64,000 nucleotides of DNA from Octopus sinensis (taxonomy: Eukaryota): positions 37,076,001 to 37,140,000 of the forward strand of contig NC_043002.1 of the NCBI RefSeq assembly GCF_006345805.1. The letters run 5' to 3'. A model generated the notes under the pieces. The model saw only the letters and a program-made list of their open reading frames with translations, had not been told where the DNA came from and did no database searches. The position numbers and the translations under genes were made by a program. Shown here piece by piece: positions 27,231-41,552 of the stretch (position 1 is the stretch's first letter; every line of letters starts with the position of its first letter).

Positions 27231-27612
27231 GGCGTAGGAGTGACTGTGTGGTAAGTATCTTGCTTACGAACCACATGGGACCTTGGGCAAGTGACTTCTA
27301 CTATAGCCTCGGGCCGACCAAAGCCTTGTGAGTGGATTTGGTAGACAGAAACTGAAAGAAGCCCATCATATATATGTATGTATATATATATGTATGTGTG
27401 TGTGTGTATGTCTGTGTATCTGTGTTTGTTGCCTTAATACCACTTGACAACCGATGCTGGTGGGTTTACGTCCCCATAACTTAGCAGTTTGGCAAAAGAG
27501 ACCGATAGAATAAGTACTAGGCTTACAAAGAATAAGTCCTGGGCTCTATTTGCTTGACTGAAGGCGGTGCTCCAGCATGGCCACAGTCAAATGACTGAAA
27601 CAAGTAAAAGAG
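27231..27612 (+). mobile_element. SINE family B reference copy (tRNA-like head, ccttgggcaagt core, internal microsatellite, stem-loop tail)
   Basis: Further copies near 8660, 11875, 28215, 30998, 36095, 52917, 57060, 58815, 61760 and 62780. Confidence 0.85.
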
Positions 27613-28448
27613 TATAAACAATGACTTAAAACAGGTGGGGATGTCTTTTGCATGACAACATAATAGTGAAGTAGGCACTAGCATAAACATATCAGTGAAG
27701 GAATTCTAAATATTTGAAATTACAATCTTTAATTTATAAACAACATTTTGTATTAATTTTTCAAAATTCTATTTATTTTGTCAGTCATTTTAAGATTCAC
27801 AGAAACAGTCAGACAATGCTTTGCTAATGTGGTCCAATATGACCAAAACTTGTCAAGAGTTGTTACTGTACTGCTATTCTATATTTACCATATTTCCCAG
27901 CACTGAATATAATCCCACCTTGAGAACACACCCTGACTTTTATATGAAAATTTGTGAAGAAAATGATAAATAAAAAAAACAGCGTCTTAGCATTTTTACA
28001 TATTTTACCAAAATGTTTTGCTTGTGGCACAACAACATATAGATCTAGTTATAGTCTATTTTATTTTCGTTTTCCAGCATAAAATCTGTAAGTTTGGTAT
28101 GGAAAAACTTCCTGTGAACTAAAATTGGTTTATGAAGAATGTGATCTTCATCCTTTAGGAAACACTAAATTTTCAATTTTTAAAAAATAAATATCTCTCT
28201 TTTACCTCTTTCTTTTGCACTTGTTTCAGTCATTGGAATGCGGCCATGCTGGGGTACCACCTTGAAGAAATCAACCTCACTGAACAAATCAACCTCATAA
28301 ATTATTTTCTTCTCAAGTCTGGTATTTACTCTATCAGGCACTTTTGCTGAACCACTAAGTTATGATGGATGTAAAGAAACTAACATCAATTGTCAAATGC
28401 TATAATAGAACTAACAGAAAGACAAACACACACGTATGTATGTGTGTA

Positions 28449-28516
<68 letters not shown>

Positions 28517-29315
28517 CACAGATACAACATATACATGTGTGTATGTGTATATATAATATGTATGTATGTGTTTGCGTGTGTGTGTGTGTGTGGCTACCAA
28601 ATTCACTGACAAGGCATTGGTCAGCAGAGGGCTGTAATAAAAGACACTTTTTTCCCAAGATGTTGCACAGTGGAACTGTCCCTTAAACTGCAGGGTTGCA
28701 AAGTGAGTTTCTTTACTTAAACAACGGCTATTCTTGTTACTAAGTGTGTAATCGTTATTCCAAGTTTTGGCTTGTGACATCAAGTACGCTAGCATTCACT
28801 TTATTATCAATATCCCTTCCTAGTCACTCTTTATGAACACCACTCTCTGTTCATTCACAAAAGTCTTATATACTTTTCATTGCTTAGAAAACTATTATTC
28901 TTAATTAACATTACTTGATTTACTGCATCAAGTATGTTAGTATCCTTCCTCTTTACCAAGTTTGACTACAACAGGAGTTGGGTATTTTCCCCTCAAACTT
29001 TTACTGACTGGTATTGAATCCTAACAATATTATTTCTTAAATTCTTTCCAAAATGATGCTTTCCAATTGGTTAAAAAAAATACCTTTTAGGTTAGTATTC
29101 GAAAGAAATAATAGAATTAGATAATTATCGCCCATATTTTCTTAGTGAGTTTTCTACTTATCTGTGCATAGTGAATCCATATATCTAGGAAGCTGGGAAA
29201 TAATACTGCAGCCTACTTGTGGTAACCATAGTCACGAGGCTGCTGGTAGTCATTCTGCCAATGCTTATTGCTAGAGTTTGATTTACAGTCAATATATATA
29301 GTATATATATATATA

Positions 29316-29370
<55 letters not shown>

Positions 29371-30561
29371 CAATATGTATATTTCAGTTATATATACACA
29401 TCAATACTGATCATTTTCCCTAAATCCATAAATGATCAATTATACATGCATTACCCTCCCTTTCTATTCCTTTCTTCCTTTGAAATATTACTGATAACCA
29501 TCCATACTCTAAACAATTGCATGTTTGTTTATTCCTATATAAACTCCCACCTGCTCAGCTGCATACACTGAAAATTAATGAAGGTTAATGATGTTCCTTT
29601 TATCATTCCAGGTAAGATGCCAGTACAAGAATAGAATATGATTGTAATGAAGAATGAAGACGTATTCAAAATTAGCTATATTCTGTACTAAGCAAACTAC
29701 AAAGAAACGGTGTGTTTTGTGTCTTCTCTTTACATAATTTAATAGACCTGAGTCTTAAATGTATATCCCAATAAAATACAGAATACAATAATATAATGAA
29801 ATCTATAAAAATTTATAGTCTTTTGACCAAGGTATAAAATCTCTATGTTCTCCCCACTCTTTAACATACCATTAATTGCTACATCCCAAATCTTTTATTA
29901 AAACGATCTATTGTGTTACACTGATGGCCATATGCCTATTCAGTTGATGCTGCACTAACATACTTGCTCATTTCTGTATGAGAGTGAATATGAACCAGAA
30001 TCTGCTGGAAAATATTATTTTAACATGGGACCAATATATATATTGAAATTATATAAACTGAATGGCATTTTCAAACAGGATTTACTCTTCTTGAATCCCT
30101 GCAATGCAAAGTTATATATATGTTTTCTATCCATTTCGTTTGGATCTGACAAAGCATTAAGAAAGAAATCAAATGTTTGGAAATCCTTCAGCAGTTGAAA
30201 TCGTTTATATTAAATCCATAATGCTAAAGTAAATTGCATTTTCAAATGGGAAATTTACACAGATTTTTAAGAAATATGAATTTTAGGCATAGAAATGTGG
30301 GAACATCATGATCTCAAGTCCAGGTGAAATATCTCCAAAGTATTCAATGTCTTTTCCTGTATATTTGTTTTTATATCAGGGTGACCTTCCCCTAGAGACA
30401 TTCTCACTTCTAGTGATCTTCCAGTATGCCAGACACCAATCTCTAAGCTTTCTGGGGACATGTGCTACTGGAGGTACTGCTTTAGTCCTGACCATGCATC
30501 TTTTATATGTGTGTGTATATTTATATATATACACACACACAAAAATATATATATAAGGAAC

Positions 30562-30880
30562 ACACTATTGATTACGACGACGAGGGTTCCTAGCTGATAC
30601 GATCAACAGAACAGCTTGCTTGTGAAATTAACGTGCAAGTGGCTGAACTCTCCACAGACACGTGTACCCTTAACATAGTTCTCAGGAAGATTCCACGTGA
30701 CAGAGTGTGACAAGGCTGACCCTTTGAAATACAGGTACTACTCATTTTTGCCAGCTGAGTGGTCTGGAGCAACATGAAATAAAGTGACTTGCTCATGGAC
30801 ACAATGTGTTGCCAGGAATTGAACTCACGACCTTACAATCATGAGTCAAATGCCCTAACCACTAAGTCATGCACCTTCAC
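30562..30880 (-). mobile_element. SINE family E, full length, tRNA-derived
   Basis: Head gtgaaggtgcatgacttagtggttagg (A box) and gagttcaattcc (B box). Confidence 0.85.
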
Positions 30881-30889
30881 ATAAATATC

Positions 30890-30926
<37 letters not shown>

Positions 30927-30938
30927 TATATATGTATA

Positions 30939-30985
<47 letters not shown>

Positions 30986-32035
30986 TATATATATAATTGG
31001 TGCAGCATGGCTGTGTGGTAAGAAGCTTGCTTCCCAACCACATGGTTCAGGGTTCAGTCCCACTGTGTGGCACCTTGGGCAATTGTCTTCTACTATAGCC
31101 TCGGGCCGACCAAATCTTTGTGAGTGGATTTGGTAGACAGAAACTGAAAGAAGCCTGTTGTATATATATGTATATATTTGTGTGTATGTCTGTGCTTGTC
31201 TCCCCACCATCATCTGATACTCCAGCATTGCTGCAGTCAAATGATGAAACAAGTAAATGAATATATATATACATGTGAAGACGCGTAGCTCAGTGGTTAG
31301 AACTGCGGGCTCGCAATCATGAGGTAGTGAGTTTGATTCATGTACCAGGCTGTGTGTCGTTTTCTTGAGCTAGACATTTTATTCCACATTGCTCCAGTTC
31401 ACTCATCTGTTGAAATGAGCTGCAATATCACTGGTACCAAGCTGTATTGGCCTTTGCCGTTCCCTTGGATAACATGGGTGGCATGGAGAAGGGAGGCTGT
31501 ATGCATGGGTAACTGCTTGTCTTCCATAAACAACCTTGCCCAGACTTGTGGCTCAGAGGGAAACTTTCTAGGAGCATTCATGATTGAAGGGTATCTTTAC
31601 CCTTTTTCATACACACACACACAGACACATACACACATGTATATGATTTGCATCTGTAAGTTTTCATCAAGCAAATTCCAAGATTATGACTGAAGGGAAT
31701 TGCCCATGGTGACATACAATGAGCTTGAACTCAGAACCAAGTAGAAGCAAAATGAACTTGTTAACCACACAGCCCTGTTGAGCCTAGTTTACTGTTTCTT
31801 TAAAGTGGTAAATGTAAACACTATATCAATTACCTTACTCTTATATCAATATACACAACAATATTTATTTATTAAATTGATGCCCCAGTGATGTGTATTT
31901 TCTGCATCAGGCATATGTGAAGGCATTGTTTTCAAAGAATATTCTTATATTAATGGACACAAATTTGCATTTTTTTTTGTGTGTTTGACATGAAAATGAT
32001 ATAGGATGGACTATTGATTGTAATTTGATACTTAC

Positions 32036-32128
32036 CACTATTAGTGCTACAAAATAGACCCAGTCCCAAAATGAGTGTGCATCCTGTACATAGTACATAA
32101 TGTTTACCCAGCTCTCTAGACTTATAAC
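32036..32128 (-). CDS. Cav3: Cav3 exon: domain I pore loop/selectivity filter to start of IS6 (exon 7 equivalent)
   Basis: tgcag|GTT...GTG|gtaagt; 93 nt, phase 0/0. Encodes [31 protein letters not shown] and joins in frame to both neighbouring exons. Confidence 0.97.
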
Positions 32129-32322
32129 CTGCAACAGAAGAAAGAGAGAATGAGAGACATAAGGACCTGCAATGAATATTTATAAGAAGCTGATGGATGA
32201 ATATTTATGTGCTAAACTTCTGAATATTTATAGGGCACATGCATTCATCATATACATACATATGTATGCTCATAGACACATTAACATACACATGCACACA
32301 CACAATCAAATGAATACACATG

Positions 32323-32376
<54 letters not shown>

Positions 32377-33523
32377 ATAGTCTAATATAAAGATGAGTTC
32401 ACACACATAATATGGAACATTGCAAAATGTCTGCTCAGGCAATTCTAGTTAAACAATAAAATTTCATTTCATCATGAAATTCGATACAGATAACTGGTTA
32501 ACTGAACAGCTAGAACTGCTTTAGTAGCTATTGAAAATTTTTATTTTTGACAGGATTTATTAATTTGCATACGCAAGCCACACACACACTTACAAAGAAG
32601 AGAAAAGAAAGGCATAAGATTTTAGACTTTTAGACTCCAAAAAATTTTCAAACAAAGAATCCAAATAATATATGCTTTAGTATATCATAAAAGGAGATTC
32701 ATGTGAAGGAAAATTCTAAGAACAAAGTATCTCCCTTCTTTTAGAACAGTTTAAAGACAGCAATTTGGAAAATATCACCTTTGTAGGTTAACTATGCATA
32801 CAACTTGGCTTATAGCCTATAATTATAGCTAGCCAAAAAAGGATCATCTATGTAGTAGTTCTACTTGATATAAATAGTGGCTTAATCTTCCTCAAAATCA
32901 CACATTCACACACACACACCTAATATCTTGAAAAAGAAAGACACATGTAGTCCTAGATACAAGTAATCCTAGAGACAATATAGTTTGAGATATCCTTGAA
33001 CAGACAGATATGGTTATGGTTATGGCTAAAATATCCTTGATCATGTTTACTTAATCAAAGCTGACCCGAGGCTAAACAACAAAAGCCTATGGCTGTATTG
33101 TTTATTCTGGAATAAAGTTCAGTGTTTAGGATATTATCTAGTCTGCTGTTTAAAATGGATTTATTCTAGTGAGCATTGATTCTCAAACTGACAAATACCA
33201 GACCCCCATCCAGAATACTAACAAAATATTTGCTCCTCTAGGAAGTCATGCCTGCTTCTTTTGACAAACACTACCATACAGAATCTATGATTGGTGAAAA
33301 ATGCAGTAAATCATATTGTTTACTGTCATATATAAAGAGTGATCAGAGAAGAATTACAAATTAGATTAACATCAGACACAAACTATTGTCTTTGTGAAGG
33401 TAATTCTGGAAATATTTCAAATTTAATAATGTTAAGGAGATCAAAAAACTGGATGATTCTGAGAACAAAAAAAACCTTTATAAGTTAATATAAACATTTG
33501 TCTATGACTGAGAACAATGAATC

Positions 33524-33750
33524 TTAACCCTTTAACATTCAGATTGTTTGTCAAAAGCAATGCTTATTTATTACCATTGTTTTAAATTAATCATGCGTTA
33601 TCTTGTAGGTTTGAGATTTTGATGAAGTAACTGTTAATTCTTAGATTGATATTGTAGGGTTGGCATGAGAGGTGAGATCTGGCCAGTTTTGAACATAAAA
33701 CAGGTAGAATATTTTGGCTGGTTATGGCTGGTTTAAATGCTAAAGAGGTT
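33524..33750. mobile_element. TTAA-flanked MITE (piggyBac-like ends), decayed
   Basis: ttaaccctttaacatt ... aatgctaaagaggtt. Confidence 0.5.
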
Positions 33751-33830
33751 TATCTGCCTTCTTTGCTGTTTGTCGGGAAAATAGAAAATCATCCTATCAT
33801 ATATGATACAGGACATATATAGATAGATAC

Positions 33831-34061
33831 AAGGCGGCGAGCTGGCAGAATCATTAGCACATCAGGTGAAATGCTTAGTATTTTGTTTGCCACTATGTTT
33901 TGCGTTCAAATTCTGCCGAGGTCGACTTTGCCTTTCATCCTTTCAGGGTCGATTAAATAAGTACCAGTTACGCACTGGGGTCGATGTAATCGACTTAATT
34001 CGTATGTCTGTCCTTGTTTGTCCCCTCTATGTTTAGCTCCTTGTGGGTAGTAAAGAAATAG
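33831..34061 (+). mobile_element. SINE family A with ~17-bp TSD
   Basis: atatagatagatacaag on both flanks; full body ends gtaaagaaata. Confidence 0.9.
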
Positions 34062-34186
34062 GAATATAGATAGATACAAGTCAGCAAATTACATTGTTAA
34101 AATTCAGATATTAAAAGTCTGAATTTTTACATCTACACAACCATAGACATTTAAAAACTAAATTATAAAGAGGTTGTAGGCTTTTA

Positions 34187-35109
34187 TTGGGTCATCCCAT
34201 AAATAATGCATTTTTTAATACTTCTGTTATTTTTCAAAATTAATATAAACAAAGTTCTTTTTTAATCTAAAATATACCGTCCTTCATTTTCTACAATGTT
34301 CTTCCATCTACCTGGTAGACTTGCAAGCCCCACCCCTTCACTTCCAAAACTCACTTGTCTGTGATGAAAAACACTCCTCCATTACTGTTCTGACCATATC
34401 TACAGAATTCATATATTTTCCGTCCAAATGATTTTGAAGACTGCTGAATAAATGATAATCACATGGACCAATGTCTGTTGAATATAGTGGGAAGAGCATC
34501 GTTTCCCATTCAAACTGCTCCAGCCTTTGGAATGTCATCCTCATTGTATATGGCTGAGCATTATCCTGATGGAAGAGCACCTTTTGTTTTGAAACCAAAG
34601 ATGGTTGTTTTTCTTCTAGCACAGATGTCAATGAATGGTTGAATGGCCAAATCCAAGCTTCTTTGCTAGTTTCTAAACAGTTATGATGGAATTTTGCTCC
34701 ACCAGGGTTTGCAGGGCATCCTCGTTGAGCTCTATAAATCTTCCAGGATAAGGCTCATCTTCAAGGCTGTAATTTTTGGCTCAGAACTTCTGGAATCACC
34801 ATTGACACTGGCTTATGCTTATTGTCCAATCCCCATATTTATATTCCTCACATTTTCTGTTGTACTGTTGTCTTTATTGAACTTTATAAAATAAAATATA
34901 CCGAATATGCTCCTTTATCACTTTCATTATAACTTTGAAAAAATAACTGTTGAAATCGAACTGCAATCTTCAAAACTTGCACTAAGAATAAGTACAAGGT
35001 AAAATTACTACCTGCTTTTATAGCAAGTTGATGCAGATAGTTTATTCCGTTCCCTCCAACTTTTAGTTCATGTAATTGATAAAACAGCATTATTTATGGG
35101 ATTACCCAA
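34187..35109 (-). mobile_element. Mariner element with TIRs, internally deleted
   Basis: ta|ttgggtcatcccataaataatgc ... gcattatttatgggattacccaa|ta. Transposase remnant FHQDNAQPY...YSTDIGPCDYHLF (YSPDLAPSDY-like). Confidence 0.9.
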
Positions 35110-36094
35110 TATGAATATTCTTCAGCGATGAGAAAAATATAATTCTTGAAAAATTTTGTGATTTTTCTAAAGAAAATTACAACTCCTTGTTAATAACTAA
35201 TCTTCTCTTGTCCAGATAAAAAATAAAAGTGAAAGATTTTTAAAAAGTGGCTTGGAATTATTCATTCAATTTTTTTTTATATTAGAGAATAAATTAAAAA
35301 AACTTATTTCATATGGAAGATACTACAGGACTAGTTAACATTATTTAATTGATTGCTGATGGTTTCTTTAAATAACTGCCAGAATAAGGTAAATATTTAT
35401 ATTCTTTGCTAGTACTCTAGTGAACATTTTGCATTTATTTTTTGCTTTTTTACTCATCAAGCTTAAAACAATATTTTAAAAAAGCTAAAAGTACAAAAAA
35501 CAAAACAAAAAATTATGTACTTCCCCACCACCACAAAAAAGATGAAAACAAAAATGCAAAACGAAATCACTATCCCCAAGCTATGTCCCTGATAGAAATA
35601 TTGATTTTGGAGTTTAATTGAAAATTGTCACCTCAAGTTGGTATGAGTTGATTAAAAAAAAAAGGGAAATAAATATAATAAAAATTATGAAAAACTATAT
35701 GAAAAGAATTAAGAAAAAATTTAAAGGGGTGCTGGTGGGGGAAATAACCTGCTGTTAAGTTCCAAGAACTAACAACACTTTGCTAAATAAACAATAAAAA
35801 TGATTTCATTTCAGCATTTAAGGGTCAGTCATATCCAATAAGAGCTAATACAATGGGTGAAATTTGTTTTATGGAATAGCTTTTTAATTTGATGCTAATG
35901 AAAAGACATATTTTTGCATGTCATAGAAAAATAAAATCTATGCTAACAACTGGTCTCACATGGATTAAACAATAATTTCTATAGTTTGCTACTGTAACTG
36001 CTTCACAGCATTGCTTAATTATTGCTACATGTGCTATGGTCTATAATTTTGCTACTATTTCAGCACAGTGTTGCTAGCTGCTATGTTATTCTTT

Positions 36095-36730
36095 GACTTG
36101 TTTCAATGATTAGACTGCGGCCATGCTAGAGCACCACTCTGAAGAATTTTGGTCAAATGAATTGACCCCAGTACCTTTATTTTTAAGCTCGGTACTTGTT
36201 TTTATTGATCTCTTTTGCCAAACTGCTATGTTACTTAGACATAAACGCACCAACACTGGTTGTCAAACGGTGTTGGGTTGCAAGCACAGACAAAAAGAAA
36301 CACACACACACACATATATGACAGGTTTTTTTCAGTTTCTTATTTCTTTATTGTCCACAATGGGCTAAACATAGAGGGGACAAACAAGGACAGACAAAGG
36401 AATTAAGTCGATTGCATTGACCCCAGTGCGTTACTGGTACTTAATTTATCGACCCTGAAAGGATGAAGGGCAAAGACGACCTCGGCGGAATTTGAACTCA
36501 GAACGTAACGGCAGACGAAATACTGCTAAGCATTTCGCTGGCCGTGCTAATGTTTCTGCCATCTTGCTGTCTTTCTTTCAGTTTCTTTCGGTTTCTGTCT
36601 ACCAAATCCACCCACAGGGCTTTGGTTGGCCCAGGGCTATAGTGACAGACACTCGCCTAAGGTGCCAAACAGTGGGACTGAACCTAGAACCATGTGAGTG
36701 GGAAGCAAACTTCTTACCACATAGTCATTG
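36095..36730 (-). mobile_element. SINE family B containing a nested family A copy (36341-36567, same strand)
   Basis: The A copy is flanked by a duplicated tttcagtttct. Confidence 0.85.
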
Positions 36731-38579
36731 CATATATTTCTATACTTTGCCTCCACATATTTCTACACTGTCTTCACAACACTGAAAATTATTGCTTTAT
36801 GCATATGTTGCTGAAATGTATCAATTTTGTTACTATATCTACACATTGTGGCTAACTACTGCTACATGCTGCAATAAAATTTTTAAAATGCTTTAAATTT
36901 GGCCCCATGTGTCATGGGGCTCAAGACAGATCAGATCCTAAGGGTGTAATTTAAGAGAATCTGGCTGCTATTTCTTCCTATTCAAATAACCACATAGAGG
37001 CTTCACCATAAGCTGTTAACTGCCAGTGCAATGATTTTTACCCTTTTTTTTTTTTAATGAAGAGGCAACGAATAAGACCAAATGGTGTTACAGCACACCA
37101 ACATCTTTTTTAAAATGTTATATAATAAGCAAATGTTAACGTTATTTTAAAACAGAAATAGGTGCACATGTCACACTTTTCTGCAAAGGGATACAACGCA
37201 TGTACTGCTGTGATGCATTAATGACATGTCTTGGTATTTTCTGACTTCACTGACAACTCAAAGTACTTGCATGCATAACAGTACAGTGGTTGGAAATGCC
37301 TGTGTTAGTGTGTACATTGTTATTCATTAATAGTTCATATTTTACTGAAGTTGCTAGCTGATGTTAAGTCATTACTGAAGTTCAAGGCCTGTGACCATCC
37401 TTTGGGTCAACCTCTAAAAAGAAATTCCCAGAATCCCTTGCCTTCTAAGATAATACCCATGCCCAAAGCCTAAAAGCCTAAAAGTCTCACAATTGCTTGA
37501 ATTCTGAGATTATACATCCTTCCCTAGGCCACAAAGCAATCATGTTCCATGTTACCAAGTATCTCTCAGAAGCTATTCTGAAATTACTTTCATTTTTGTT
37601 ATGCTCTGTTTTACTATGCAGACAAGAATTCATGTGTTGAATTAATATTGTATTCAATAGTTTAATATAAAGTCATATATAACCATGTAATGGTGTGTCT
37701 AGGTGCATCAAAGAATAATATAGATACAAAAGATGTTTTGCAATATGAAGGCCAGTTGCAACAAAAGGGATAATTTTGAGACTAACTTTTTAACACTTGT
37801 TTAGTTGTAGTTGTTAATATTGCTCTGTTTAGTCCTAACTCTAAACCAAAAGCAATCCAAAGAAGCTATAAAAACTTGGTTGCGATCCACAAATTTTGCC
37901 TTCTAGCCAAAGATAATTTTTGAACAAATGCTATAATGGGATTACTGGGACTCATATTACCCAATCCTGAAGGCGTAAGTTTCTATGTCAACCTGAGCAT
38001 GATTCGAACTATAAATTTAAGCCACTGCCAAAATTACCAGTTAGCCAGGTTACAACACTCTTCAATTAAGCCATCAAATCATCTTAAATATCAGATTTAA
38101 TTATATATGGGACAGACTGTAGTTCTTTGGTCTCAATGGATAATGGAATCTAATACTTGTCTGAATTGGCTTTTTTCATTAAAAAACAAGTAATAAATAA
38201 ATAAATAAGACATAATGGATAAAAAAATTTTTACCTAGTAGTATTGTTTGTTCATAGAATATATGCCAAGCCTAATTTGTGCCAGAATTATTTTGCAGAC
38301 ACTTTAACGTTTACTGAAGATTAAAACAACTGAAGCCAAATAAAGATAAATGATTAATACATACAAAATGAAAGCAAAAAACATTCAGTCTAAGATGATT
38401 CTGGCTAACCTAGTTGAAAACTGGGTAACTTTTTCATTTCATGGCAAAGTAATTAGAGTGAAATAAGTACCCAGGAATAAAAAATTATCCCAACAATTCC
38501 TAAGAAATATCAGAGTTAGCAAAACAATCAGAAAAGAATAAAAGTAAAACTTTGAAATTAATGTAGGAAAATAACTTAC

Positions 38580-38862
38580 CTGAAAGATGGCAACCCATGC
38601 TAAACCTATGTTATCAAAAGATATTGCCCCCCTAAATGGATTTTTGTCCCCCGTTTCACAGCTTGTGTAATACTGATTCCAGTTGACACAAGAATCATTT
38701 GCAGGATTATTGTTATTGTTGGCCTTGGCACTTGCATTGCACTTTATACCTTCATAAGAAAATAAGGGTAAATTCGAACATTTTCGCATTCCTGATTCAC
38801 CAGGTTTACTGCAAATGTAGTCTCCAAACCGAGGTTTGTAATATGGGTTCACATTCATTTTT
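38580..38862 (-). CDS. Cav3: Cav3 exon: domain I extracellular turret (S5-P loop) and P1 helix (exon 6 equivalent)
   Basis: tgcag|A AAA ATG...TTT CAG|gtaagt; 283 nt, phase 2 in and phase 0 out. Encodes ...DYICSKPGESGMRKC...CVNWNQYYTSCETGDKNPFRGAISFDNIGLAWVAIFQ. Confidence 0.97.
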
Positions 38863-39474
38863 CTGCAAATGAGAGAAAAAAATAAAAGGCAAAAATGAGA
38901 AAAATGAGAAAAGAAAATAATAAATAAATGAATAAACGAATGCAAGCAGAAAGACATTTATTTTTCATAGAATTATCTTGGAACATGTGAATTTAATTGG
39001 AAATTTTGAAATTCTGAATCAATATTAAAATATTTAAAGCAAGATACACTTTAAGAACAATATATTAATAATTAATGAATATTTGTATTGAAGAAAAACA
39101 CGCCAACTGTCTATTTTTCACAAGAGGATTCTCAACTGGCAAGTAACAAGGAAAAACGAGGAAATGCCTATAGGGTTTTTACATAAGAATGGCAAATGGT
39201 TTTCATAAGATATGTCCAGCATTGTTCCGATAATTCCAATAATTATCCAGAATATGGAACTGTACTGGTATTGAGCAAAATGTAAGTGGGTTAGGATTAC
39301 AGAAGCCATCGTCATTTAATGTCTGTTAAATGTTTAGAAATGAATAGAAATCATAAATCCCCTGCAGGATAGTTATCCTCATTGTTCAACTGCTGAAACA
39401 CCAAACTTGAGATCATGTTTTACTGGTTCCAAATTTTGTCAAAGATGTTATTGCTGTCTATCTGCAAATTTGAT

Positions 39475-39965
39475 GACTGGCACCCGTGTCAGTGGAGCGC
39501 TAAGAGCACCATCCAAGTGTGATCACTGCCAGAGCAGCTGACTGGCTTCCATGCTGGTGGCACATAAAAAGCACCATTCAAACATGATTGTTACCAGCAT
39601 CACCTAACTGGCACTTATGCCAGTGGCATGTTAAAAACATTCGAGCAAGGCTGACTGGAGTGACTCCTGTACAGGTAGCATGTAAAGGTAGCAAGGCCAC
39701 TGGACTGGCTCCTGTGCAGGTAGCACGTAAAAAACACCACTTGAGTGTGGCCATTACCAGTACCACCTGACTGGGCCTTGTGCCAGTGGCACATAAAAGC
39801 AACTACTACACTCTCAGAGTAGTTGGTGTTTGGAAGGGCATCCAGCTGTAGAAACTCTGCCAGATCAGATTGGAGCCTGGTGCAGCCATCTGGTTCGCAA
39901 GTTCTCAGTTAAATCGTCCGACCCATGCTAGCATGGAAAGCAGATGTTAAATGATGATGATGATG
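39475..39965 (+). mobile_element. SINE family C with several internal repeat units
   Basis: Repeated gca(c/t)(g/a)taaaaagcacc units; (GAT)n tail. Confidence 0.8.
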
Positions 39966-40854
39966 AACTTTGATAACCTAATCAGCTTTGATTTTTTTTC
40001 AAACTAAGAGTTTCCTGTTGCACACTTGGTAATAGTTCAGATCTGGATATTGAGAAATAAAAAAAACAACAATCTGAGAAAATGGCTATGGTATACAAGA
40101 CTTGTGAGAAAGGGGCCAAGCCAGTTCATTGATTTTGGGGTCCATGATTATCTGACATGTTCTTACACTTCTTTTGCCCCCTCTATAAAAATAAAAGGTA
40201 AAAAAATTCCAAGTTTTCTTGAATAATGAGAACTTATTTCATCGAATCTGAAAGGATGAAAGGCAAAGTTGACCTTAGCAGAATTTGAATCCAGAATGTT
40301 AATGACAGGTGAAATGTTGCTAAGCATTTCTCCCAATGTGCTAACGATTCTGCCAGCTCACCAGCTTAAGGTTAACAATTTTTAACGGGAGATAGCAAGC
40401 TTATTTTTTCCAAACTTATTTTTTCAATCCTGGAAAGGATGGCAGGCAAAGTCAGCTTCAATGGATTTGAGCTCAGAATGTAAAGAGCCAGAACAAATAC
40501 CACAAAGCAGTTTTTCTGAGGCTTGAATGCTTCTATCATTCCACTTCTTTAAGGCAAATATCATAAGGCATTTTGTTTGATAATAATAATGATAACTAAG
40601 ATAGTGATAATTGTAAAGATTAAAAAGAAAAAGAACAATAGAAAAGAAAAACTTGATTGAAGTCCAAAACAAAACAAAACATAAGAAAATAAAGAATTAA
40701 GAGAAGTGAAAAAAAAAGTATGATAATGATAATGTTGATGATAATAAAAGTAACAACAACAACAACAATAATAATAATGAGAAAGTTAAGAAATAGTTTT
40801 TTCAGATTAAGCGTAGATACAATAACCATCATATAATCCAATCATTGACAAATT

Positions 40855-41550
<696 letters not shown>

Positions 41551-41552
41551 AA

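Noticed and set aside
39118-39315. Hydrophobic ORF (IFWIIIGIIG) as the missing IS5 exon
   Set aside because: It lacks LLLDTLPMLGNV and VQLW..LR.RC and has no convincing splice sites. The IS5 exon was not found and probably lies beyond 64000.
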